DNA of 26,883 bases, counting the filler, from Candidatus Huberarchaeum crystalense (GTDB lineage: Archaea; Huberarchaeota; Huberarchaeia; Huberarchaeales; Huberarchaeaceae), in NCBI GenBank assembly GCA_002790315.1. It is 5 parts of 5 records of this genome, joined end to end, with 100 filler letters (N's around TTAATTAATTAA, not from the genome) between each part and the next. Parts side by side here need not be neighbours in the genome. Positions count along the whole stretch, not along the records: positions 1 to 16,692 come from PFUW01000012.1; 4 more parts are not named here. One strand, written 5' to 3'. The notes beneath the pieces are model-generated. The model saw only the letters and a list, made by a program, of their open reading frames with translations, searched no databases and was not told the DNA's origin. A program made the position numbers and the translations under genes. Within the stretch, counting starts at the first letter, position 1. Every line of letters begins with the position of its first letter. This document shows positions 1-7,583 of this stretch, piece by piece.

Positions 1-1
1 T

Positions 2-430
2 TGCTGTTTTTGTATAATTATTAAAATTGCCTTCTTTGTCTTCTGCATAATATGAAAAATTTGCGTAATGCATACCTGCTGCACTACAATTTGTTTTTAG
101 GTTTAATATGATGTTTAGTGTGGAACTGTGGCTTAAATTAGTTGTGTTGAAAATAAGGATGTTGTCATTTGTTGCGTTTTCGAGCGCGCTAGTGTTGCCG
201 CTCACAAACCATTCGAGCAAAGAAGTATTTGCAGGTAGAGTATAATTAATTGTTAAGTTATATAAATAATCGCCTGCATTGTTTGTGGTTATAATTGAAA
301 GGTTTGATTCGTTGCAGATGTTTGTATCGGGTGCATTGATGTAGAATGTTACGCTGGTTATTGGAGAGTTTGCGAACGAGCTAACAAGAGTTGATCCTAT
401 GAAAAATAACATAAATATCACAACAAAAAT
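2..430 (-). CDS. Secreted or cell-surface glycoprotein, N-terminal part (partial at both ends; not in ORF track)
   Basis: Minus frame is open from the gap edge to the window start: IFVVIFMLFFIGSTLVSSFANSPITSVTFYINAPDTNICNESNLSIITTNNAGDYLYNLTINYTLPANTSLLEW...NNYTKTA. Signal-peptide-like hydrophobic start, 12 N-X-S/T sequons in 143 codons. Confidence 0.8.
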   Translation of the reverse strand, partial: MFVVIFMLFFIGSTLVSSFANSPITSVTFYINAPDTNICNESNLSIITTNNAGDYLYNLTINYTLPANTSLLEWFVSGNTSALENATNDNILIFNTTNLSHSSTLNIILNLKTNCSAAGMHYANFSYYAEDKEGNFNNYTKTA

Positions 431-463
431 NNNNNNNNNNNNNNNNNNNNNNNNNNNNNNNNG

Positions 464-730
464 AACAACATAGTCATTGTTGACTTTTGGGCGCCATGGT
501 GCGGGCCCTGTCAGATGATGGCTCCTATTTTTGAAGAACTTTCAAAAAAGCATGAGGATTGGACTTTTGTAAAATTAAATGTAGATGAAAATAATGAAAA
601 ACCAAGTCAATATAGTGTTAGCGGAATACCTACTTTTATTATATTTAAAGGCGGCGAGACAGTTAAGCGAATTGTTGGCGCGCGCCCTCTTGAAAGCATT
701 GAGCGCGAAATTGAAGATGTTGTTGAATAA
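464..730 (+). CDS. trxA: Thioredoxin (5' end in N gap)
   Basis: Extending ORF 515..730 upstream in frame gives NNIVIVDFWAPWCGPCQMMAP (WCGPC active site). Also VKLNVDEN and GIPTF cis-Pro motif. Confidence 0.95.
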   Translation, partial: NNIVIVDFWAPWCGPCQMMAPIFEELSKKHEDWTFVKLNVDENNEKPSQYSVSGIPTFIIFKGGETVKRIVGARPLESIEREIEDVVE

Positions 731-762
731 ACCCACAAAAATTATAAAAATAATTCAATTTC

Positions 763-896
763 ATATAAAGTATTGCTGATAAATCTACAAAAATCATATG
801 TTAGAAATATTAACTGAAAATATCTTACAAAAAATATTATATAAAGTATTGCTGATAAATCTACAAAAATCATATGTTAGAAATATTAACTGAAAA
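763..896 (+). repeat. Two identical 58-bp direct repeats (763-820, 839-896; period 76) covering the TATA-like box, ATG and first codons of rfcS
   Basis: ATATAAAGTATTGCTGATAAATCTACAAAAATCATATGTTAGAAATATTAACTGAAAA read twice. Confidence 0.95.
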
Positions 897-1827
897 ATAT
901 AGGCCGTCAAAAGTTAAAGATGTTGTGGGACAGCCAGAGATCACTTTACGTTTGGCTGCATTTATAAAAGCTAAAAACATCCCTCACTGCTTGTTTGCAG
1001 GACCACCGGGCGTTGGAAAAACGAGCGCTGCAATTGCAATGGCAAAAGAATTATTTGGACAAGAGTGGAAAGCAAATTACATAGAAATGAACGCATCTGA
1101 CGAGCGCGGAATTGATATTGTTCGCGATAAAATTAAAGAATTCGCAAAAACCGCACCACTTAATACAGAATACAAAATAATTTGCTTAGATGAAGCAGAT
1201 GCTTTAACAAAAGACGCACAACATGCTTTGCGACGAACAATGGAAACATTTTCAAAAACCTGCCGCTTTATCTTAATATGCAACTACTCTTCGCGCATCA
1301 TAGACCCTATTCAATCCCGATGCGCAATTTTTCGATTTAAAAATGTTGATGCAGCAGACATAGCTAAAAAAATAAAGGACATCACAGAAAAAGAACAAAT
1401 TAAATGCGAAGAAGGTGCTATTGAAGAAATCGCAAAAGTCGCAGAAGGAGATTTAAGACAAGCAATTAATATTCTTCAAATAGCGTCGCCAGATGTTAAA
1501 ATAAAAGAAGTTTATGAAATATTGGGCAGAGCCCAATCAAATCAAATCCTAGAATTATTATTCTTGTGTTTAAATAATGAGTTTATAAATGCGCGCAAAA
1601 AGTTGCGCGACTTCTTGTTTAATCAAGGTATAGAGAGCCATTTTATTCTTAAAGAAATAAGCCACCAAATTGCTGAAAATACAGAACTAAGACTTGACGA
1701 TGTTGAGCGCGCAAAAATATTGTCTTTAATAGGTGATGCAGAATTTAGGGTAAATGAAGGCGCAGATTCACTTATACAAATTACTGCATTATTAGCAAAT
1801 ATTGCAGCACTTAGCAGCCATAAATAA
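874..1827 (+). CDS. rfcS: Replication factor C small subunit
   Basis: EKYRP box II, GPPGVGKT Walker A, EMNASDERG, LDEAD Walker B, SRC motif, GDLRQAIN. Confidence 0.97.
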   Translation: MLEILTEKYRPSKVKDVVGQPEITLRLAAFIKAKNIPHCLFAGPPGVGKTSAAIAMAKELFGQEWKANYIEMNASDERGIDIVRDKIKEFAKTAPLNTEYKIICLDEADALTKDAQHALRRTMETFSKTCRFILICNYSSRIIDPIQSRCAIFRFKNVDAADIAKKIKDITEKEQIKCEEGAIEEIAKVAEGDLRQAINILQIASPDVKIKEVYEILGRAQSNQILELLFLCLNNEFINARKKLRDFLFNQGIESHFILKEISHQIAENTELRLDDVERAKILSLIGDAEFRVNEGADSLIQITALLANIAALSSHK

Positions 1828-2006
1828 ATATTGTCAAAATTGTGTTTGTTAAGAGATTTATAATTTTCGCAATATTTAAACTTTTAGCTCAGTAACCTTT
1901 TGATTTTCAAATATAGCAAACCTTTACTACAAAAAGCACACTTTAATTTATAGAATCTTTATTCAAATTACATACAAACATTAAAACAAAAACAAGAGTA
2001 AATAAA

Positions 2007-2315
2007 TTATTTTCTTACTTTTCGTTCTACGCCAACTTTCTTAACATTTGCTTTCCAAACTTTGCTTCCAAGCCATTTAGGAGCACCACTAGGAACTGAA
2101 ATTTGTTTTCTGTTTCCTTTAAATGTATGTACTCTAATTACATTGTCTTGCAATCTTTTTCTTTCTCTTAGATCTATGTTTGTGCTTCCTCTTGCAGCAG
2201 CTTTTAATGCAGCAGCTCGTGGTGATTTGTTGTGAAATATAACATTTGTATCTTTGCCTTTGTTGTCAAGAAGAACATAATATTTCTTCTGACTACTTGT
2301 TGCTTTTTTTGCCAT
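2007..2315 (-). CDS. Non-histone chromosomal protein MC1
   Basis: YVLLD..G....F..KSPRAAALKAAARG...I.LRER...VHTFKG...P...PKWL....K..VKK matches the methanogen MC1 pattern (PRQAALKAANRG, LRERGT, P.WM). GGGGGG SD-like tract upstream. Confidence 0.88.
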   Translation of the reverse strand: MAKKATSSQKKYYVLLDNKGKDTNVIFHNKSPRAAALKAAARGSTNIDLRERKRLQDNVIRVHTFKGNRKQISVPSGAPKWLGSKVWKANVKKVGVERKVRK

Positions 2316-2442
2316 TTTTTCCCCCCTTTGAAAAAATAAAAATACATTAACTTTTAAGGTTAATATTATTTCCTATTCTTTGTTTTGTGTATTTGAAAAG
2401 GTTGCAAAATTTTTTAGAAACTTTACATTTTCCTTTTAACAC

Positions 2443-2691
2443 TTTGCTCGCGCAAAATGCAGACATACTTTACTTAGTAAAGTATATAAAACCGTTGTAT
2501 GTAACGATTTTACATAAAAAGTTCGCTCTGGAACTTTTCATATCATAATGTGTATAGGTAAGTTGATTTAAAAAGAAAAGTGATTTATATGCCTCTATTT
2601 AGTATATAAATGTAAAAACATTTGTCTCTTTTAAAATATCTTTTGTTAAATATACTCTTGTGCAAAATACGCAAAAGTTGTTTCAACAACT
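2443..2691. promoter_or_regulatory. Cluster of inverted repeats in the divergent MC1/rps10 intergenic region
   Basis: TTTGC-N4-GCAAA 2443-2456; ATACTTTACT-T-AGTAAAGTAT 2465-2485; TATGTAA-N5-TTACATA 2498-2516; AAAAGTTC-N6-GAACTTTT 2517-2538; AGTTGTT-TC-AACAACT 2676-2691. Function is inferred. Confidence 0.5.
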
Positions 2692-2762
2692 ATTATATTT
2701 ATGTTAAAATATCTTATGGTATTAACTCAAAAAATTAAAACATTACAAACAAGGATTTTGTA

Positions 2763-3071
2763 ATGGCTAAACAAACGAAAATAAAACTTACAAGTACGAG
2801 CATTGACGAGTTAAATAATGTTATATCTCTCATAAAAGAGGTTATTGACCGCACAGGCGCTAACGTTAGAGGACCTGTTCCTTTACCTACAAAAATCTTG
2901 CGGGTTTCACCAAGAAAAAGTCCTTGTGGTGAAGGAGTAAGCACTTATCACAAATTTCAAATGCGTATTCATCGCAGAATTTATATTTTTGACACATTAA
3001 ATGATCGCGCGCTTCAGCAAATTACGCGCCTCCCTATTCCAACAACAGTAAAAGTTGAATTGTTTATGTAA
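2763..3071 (+). CDS. rps10: 30S ribosomal protein uS10
   Basis: GPVPLPTK, RKSPCGEG, FQMRIHRR archaeal S10 motifs. Confidence 0.96.
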   Translation: MAKQTKIKLTSTSIDELNNVISLIKEVIDRTGANVRGPVPLPTKILRVSPRKSPCGEGVSTYHKFQMRIHRRIYIFDTLNDRALQQITRLPIPTTVKVELFM

Positions 3072-3193
3072 TTAGGTTAGGTGTACTAAATTTAGTCAAC
3101 TAAACAATAAGCAAACAATATTTCAAAAAATTTATGGTTTTATGTGAAATAGATTATTTTACATAACATCTTACACACAAACTTTTATATATT

Positions 3194-3275
3194 GCGGGGA
3201 TGGCGGAACGGCAACGCGCACGCCTGGAAAGCGTGTGTTCGTGAGGACTTGCAGGTTCGAATCCTGCTTCCCGCA
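3194..3275 (+). tRNA. tRNA-Ser(GGA), long variable arm
   Basis: Acceptor GCGGGGA/TTCCCGC, anticodon arm CACGC-CTGGAAA-GCGTG, variable arm GTTC-GTGA-GGAC, T arm GCAGG-TTCGAAT-CCTGC. CCA not encoded. Confidence 0.93.
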
Positions 3276-3332
3276 TTTAAGGGGCATTGTTGTGCGTTTT
3301 GCATAACTTGCACCTGCTCCTCGTATTTTACT

Positions 3333-3404
3333 GCTCGCGTGGGGTAATGGATAACCTGGGAGCTTGCGGAGCTTCTGATCCGGGTTCAAATCCCGGCGTG
3401 AGCA
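3333..3404 (+). tRNA. tRNA-Arg(GCG)
   Basis: Acceptor GCTCGCG/CGTGAGC, anticodon arm GGAGC-TTGCGGA-GCTTC, T arm CCGGG-TTCAAAT-CCCGG. Confidence 0.93.
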
Positions 3405-3417
3405 CTATAAAATTTAT

Positions 3418-3490
3418 GCCCTAGTAGCTCAGTTGGTAGAGCGGCTGACTTGTAATCAGCAGGCCGGGAGTCCAACTCTCCCCTAGGGCT
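3418..3490 (+). tRNA. tRNA-Thr(TGT)
   Basis: Acceptor GCCCTAG/CTAGGGC, D arm GCTC-AGTTGGTA-GAGC, anticodon arm GCTGA-CTTGTAA-TCAGC, T arm GGGAG-TCCAACT-CTCCC. Confidence 0.92.
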
Positions 3491-3572
3491 TTTATCAAAC
3501 AGCTATGTGTAATATTAGTTAGTGCGCGCCTTAACCAAATTTTTATAAATTTCAACATTTAATAAATAAAAT

Positions 3573-3833
3573 ATGAAAATAGAAAAGAAAACTTGGCCAG
3601 AATATTTCCAGAAAATTATTGGAGGTGTTAAAACTTATGAGTTGCGTCTTGCCAACTTTGAATGTAAGCCCAAAGATGTTTTGGTTTTGAAAGAATGGGA
3701 CCCTAAAACAAAAGAATATACTGGCAGAGTTATTGAGAAAACTGTAATTTATGTTGACAAGACCAAAGGTCATATTTTTTGGCCAAAAAAAGATATTGAA
3801 AAATATGGATTCCAAATAATTTCTTTCAAATAA
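3573..3833 (+). CDS. DUF3850 / ASCH-like (PUA-fold) protein
   Basis: KTWPEYFQKI..G.KTYELR..F....D.L.LKEWDP....YTGR signature. Confidence 0.8.
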   Translation: MKIEKKTWPEYFQKIIGGVKTYELRLANFECKPKDVLVLKEWDPKTKEYTGRVIEKTVIYVDKTKGHIFWPKKDIEKYGFQIISFK

Positions 3834-4064
3834 GTAGCACGCCCACATGTTGTATTATTTGTTGCTTTTCACTCTCTCGTTCGCCTTGCAGGATGACTAT
3901 ATAAATGACTATATAATATATCTTAAATAAAATTTCTTGCAGAAATTTTTCAAATGCTCAGCCATGTCGCGCATTTTATTTAATTTAATATTATGAATTT
4001 AAACCACNNNNNNNNNATTTAAGCAATAGCATCAAAACCTGACAAAAGTATTAACCCCCCAAAA

Positions 4065-4505
4065 TCACTTTTTATTATTGCGCGTTTTGCTATGAATTTG
4101 TGTTGGTTGTGGTGATTGTTTTGACATCATATTTGGTAAAGGAATCGCAATAGGCAGACCTACAATTTCAGAAATAGCAATTGATTTGATCAAACAAATC
4201 TGAAAAATAGAGCTAAGCCACTGATTTACTAAGTTTTGATCTAATTTTTTTTGTTTCCATTGAGCAACCATCTGATTTGTTTCGTCAGGAGTAGTAGTTT
4301 TGTATTTTAGAAAACCTCTAAAATGTATAAACCCAATACTTGGAACATATTCAATAGAACATTCAAAGCTAATATTAAGCAAAAGATCGCTTTCTTTATC
4401 CAACTCTAATAGTTTTGGCTGGTTTTGAACCTGAAACATTTGTAAGTTAACCAAACCATTATATTTCTTGGCTTCCACATAATTAATCTTGATATTTTCT
4501 ATCAT
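4065..4505 (-). CDS. Conserved archaeal hypothetical protein, possibly SecB-like fold
   Basis: 146-aa ORF with T-ATG start. Beta-strand pattern (ISFECSIEYVPSIGFIHFRG) followed by helices and GLPIAIPLP. Fold is inferred. Confidence 0.6.
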   Translation of the reverse strand: MIENIKINYVEAKKYNGLVNLQMFQVQNQPKLLELDKESDLLLNISFECSIEYVPSIGFIHFRGFLKYKTTTPDETNQMVAQWKQKKLDQNLVNQWLSSIFQICLIKSIAISEIVGLPIAIPLPNMMSKQSPQPTQIHSKTRNNKK

Positions 4506-4601
4506 ATATTATTTATAATTTTATTTAAAAATTATTTAAAAATATTTAAAATATCATAATTTAATTTTAGATCTTTTACAAAAAGCTAATCTTAACGTCT
4601 T

Positions 4602-6052
4602 TTATTGTATATTGTTTATGATTTTATNNNNNNNNNTTATAAGAGTAATATCATCACCTTTTAAACTTAAAAAAATATCAGGAGTTATACTTGGATTCTG
4701 CTCGTATGCAGCAATTAGTACAAGAGCAGCAGCATCTACAACTGCATTTTTTTCATCATTGTTTTTTCTTTTACTTTTAGCAAGATTGTATAATTTATCT
4801 ACTCTCTTTCGCGATTCAGCATTAAGAATAACAAGCTTTGCAAACCTATTAAAATATCCATCGATTCGCACAGGAGTAATACAAAATCCAATTGTTTGAA
4901 AAATAAGTTTATAAGTAATGTTTATTTTCTTGTTATCAATTCCGAAATATTTTGCAATTTCTGAAAATGTTAGTGGAGTTTTATGTTTTCGCATTACAAT
5001 ATACAGCAAAGCCCCTAATATCTGTTCGCGCGCCCTTCCGCGGACAACTTTCTCTGTTATTAACTTTTTATAAAGAAGCTTAATTTCTTCTGTAATATAA
5101 AAAGGAAGATCAAAATAACGTTGCATTCTTAATAGCTCACCATACGCCATTTGAAGATTTCGTTCAATTGTTGTGACAATCATCATTTGCCATTTGTGCA
5201 AGCGGTAATATTCTTTTTGTTTATAAGCAGGAACATGCTTAATATCAACAGACCCCCTACCAACCATAGATCCTATTCCGTCTGCATGATGAATTGATTT
5301 TGATGCTTGTGCTCTTGTTCGTGAAACAAGCTGATTAAAGTCAAATGCGCGCCATTCTTGACCTGTGTTAATAGAAATATCAATAATATTACCGCATTTT
5401 TCACAAAATTCCTCACCTGTTGTTAAATCTATAATAATTTTTCCTCCACAATTAGGACAAACATCTGCTTGTCTTTTAGATGTTTGCTGGGTGTCTCTGA
5501 CTTCTTTAAAAACTTTAAAAAAAAACTGACGAATATCTTCTTGCTGTTCAGGAGTAAGCGAAATTTTACTAGGAATTTTTTTCTCGGCAGGCAATATCTC
5601 ATCTTCTTTGTCTTTAATATTATCATTGTCTTGAAAAGCATGTACATTTTTAATATCTTCTTCAAATTTAGATTGAGATATATTAGCGCTAGTTTTAATA
5701 TTCTCTTCCATGTTCTGCTCTTTTTCGATAAATTTTTTGTTTGCATTTTTTAAGTTTTTCAAACTAGATCTTGACAATACTTTGTATTTTGGCTTGCTTA
5801 CAAACAATATTTTGTTGTGTTTTACTAATTTATTTTTAGATAATATTTTATAATTGTGTTTTGTTGATTTGTTTTTGTCCGATGTTTTATCTTTGTGTTT
5901 TACTAATTTANNNNNNNNNNATCTTTGTGTTTTACTAATTTATTTTTAGATAATATTTTATAATTGTGTTTTGTTGATTTGTTTTTGTCCGATGTTTTAT
6001 CAAATTTCTGGTTTTTTGTAGTGTTATGGGTTATTTTCTTAACTTTTATCAT
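4602..6052 (-). CDS. tfb: Transcription initiation factor TFB with long repeat-containing N-terminal extension (spans two N gaps)
   Basis: Zn ribbon CPNCGG...TGEEFCEKCG, B-reader GQEWRAFD, linker RLHKWQ..ERNL, first cyclin fold VRGRA...ALLYIVMRKHKTPLTFSEIA. The frame is open upstream of the track's TTG (5807) through the repeat array and, across the gap, to ATG 6052. Confidence 0.85.
5816..6001 (-). repeat. 78-bp coding tandem repeat (26 aa: DKTSDKNKSTKHNYKILSKNKLVKHK); two near-complete copies plus a partial, broken by gap 5911-5920
   Basis: TGTGTTTTACTAATTTA recurs at 5816, 5894 and 5926. The full unit is identical on both sides of the gap. Confidence 0.92.
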
Positions 6053-6056
6053 AATA

Positions 6057-6428
6057 TTATTTATTTATTAATTTATATAACTCATCAACACGCTTGTTAT
6101 CAATTTTTTTTCCAAAGCAATAGTGAGGCACAAGCCCACCTGAAAAATGAGTAGGTATATGCAATAACTCATGAATCAGCACGCGATCTTTATCCTCCTC
6201 TGGCAATGCATCAAATTTTTCTGTTATAACCTCAATAACATAATACACCGGCAAACGCAAACACTGACGCCAAATAAGTGGCAAAGACCAAATGCGCGCA
6301 ATTGCTCTTGTTTTTGTGCCATAGCTCCGAACACAAAAAATGTGCGTAGGATCGCAATGATCAAACCCTATTTGAGATATTATTTTGCAAATACGTCTGT
6401 GTATTTCAGTATCGCCAAAGCATTTCAT
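6057..6428 (-). CDS. Small putative zinc metallopeptidase (HEXXH)
   Basis: RSYG...AIARIW.LP, YVIEVITEKFD.L..DK.RVLIHELLHIP..FSGGL.PH. Stop lies 4 nt before the tfb ATG. Confidence 0.82.
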   Translation of the reverse strand: MKCFGDTEIHRRICKIISQIGFDHCDPTHIFCVRSYGTKTRAIARIWSLPLIWRQCLRLPVYYVIEVITEKFDALPEEDKDRVLIHELLHIPTHFSGGLVPHYCFGKKIDNKRVDELYKLINK

Positions 6429-6457
6429 AAGATTTTTANNNNNNNNNNNNNNNNNGT

Positions 6458-6722
6458 TTATTTTGTAACCTGAAAGCTCTTAACCTTTTCAAGCAAATCT
6501 TTTGCTTTTTTATCATCAGCAAAATGCTTTCTTATTGGCTTAAGCAGTTCGTTTATTGCTTTTGCTACTCCTAATTTTAAATCAATTGACTTTAATTTCT
6601 GTCTTTGAATGCTGTCTCCAATTCTTCATAAGAACTAAATTTAATATTTCTCCCATATTTTTCTGGTCGCTCAATTTTTATTTGTCTTTTAGTTCAAATA
6701 CAATATATTTTGCATATTCTAA
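6458..6722 (-). pseudogene. tyrS: C-terminal remnant of archaeal tyrosyl-tRNA synthetase with two frameshifts
   Basis: Three frames: LEYAKYIVFELKDK / KIERPEKYGRNIKFSSYEELETAFKD / KLKSIDLKLGVAKAINELLKPIRKHFADDKKAKDLLEKVKSFQVTK*. Matches the TyrRS anticodon-binding end (IERPEKFGG..YEEL...F...LHP.DLK..VA..INELL.PIR.HF). Confidence 0.85.
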
Positions 6723-6781
6723 ATAAATTTTAGTTTGTGTTCATATTATTTTCTCTTCTTTTATTCTTTCTAAAATCAATT

Positions 6782-7453
6782 ATGGCTAATTTTATTGGGG
6801 GGATTGACGAAGCAGGTCGTGGGTGTGTTATTGGGCCCTTGGTTGTTTGTTTAGTTAGTATAAGCGAAGAAAAAACCGAACAATTGCAAAAAATAGGTGT
6901 AAAGGACTCAAAATTATTATCGCCAGAAATGCGTGCAAAACTCGCTGAAAAAATCAAAAAAATCGCAGACCTTGTTAAAATTCAGAAAATTGAGGTCTCA
7001 AAAATTAATAAACTTACTACTTTAAACAATCTCAACCAAATAGAAATCCATGCATTCTGCGAGCTGATAGATCAATCTAGGTGTGACCAAATAATCATTG
7101 ATTCTCTAGAAACAAATCTAAAAAAATTTAAGGAAAAAATTAAAAATAATCTCAAAAACTTTGATGGCGAAATTATAGCAAGAAACAAAGCAGATCGCGA
7201 TTATATAATTGTTGGTGCTGCTTCAATTATTGCAAAAGTTGAAAGAGATAATAAGATTGCGCACCTTTATAAACAATTTGGCGACTTTGGATCTGGCTAC
7301 CCAAGCGATGAAAAAACAATTTATTTTTTAAAGGAATATTATAAAAAAAATCATTGTTGGCCTAACTGTGCAAGGACCTGCTGGGATACGCTTAAACAAA
7401 TAAAGCGAAAAAGCAACAGCAATAAACAAACAACCTTTGATAGATTAGAATAG
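6782..7453 (+). CDS. rnhB: Ribonuclease HII
   Basis: GIDEAGRG.VIGPLV, VKDSKLLS, KAD....VGAASIIAKVERD, GSGYPSD. ATG 6782 is preferred over the track's GTG 6737. Confidence 0.96.
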   Translation: MANFIGGIDEAGRGCVIGPLVVCLVSISEEKTEQLQKIGVKDSKLLSPEMRAKLAEKIKKIADLVKIQKIEVSKINKLTTLNNLNQIEIHAFCELIDQSRCDQIIIDSLETNLKKFKEKIKNNLKNFDGEIIARNKADRDYIIVGAASIIAKVERDNKIAHLYKQFGDFGSGYPSDEKTIYFLKEYYKKNHCWPNCARTCWDTLKQIKRKSNSNKQTTFDRLE

Positions 7454-7555
7454 GATAAAAATAAATTTAATAAATTAGAATAAAACAAAAACAGATTTGA
7501 GGGATTAGAATAAAACAAAAACAGATTTAATAAATCAAAATAAAACAAAAACAGA
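7421..7555 (+). repeat. Degenerate 30-bp tandem repeat (about 4.5 copies) starting in the last codons of rnhB
   Basis: Units like TAAAACAAAAACAGATTTAATAAATTAGAA; ATTAGAATA recurs every 30 nt. Confidence 0.85.
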
Positions 7556-7583
7556 AAACACAACAAAACATCTTAAATAATAT

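Noticed and set aside
431-462. Surface protein and trxA starts only about 30 bp apart
   Set aside because: Both starts lie in the gap, which must be longer than the 32 N shown.
3171-3389. 72-aa minus-strand ORF
   Set aside because: Antisense to the tRNA-Ser and tRNA-Arg genes.
3836-3900. Moderately GC-rich stretch after DUF3850 as an ncRNA or att site
   Set aside because: No convincing stem and no copy of a tRNA 3' end found.
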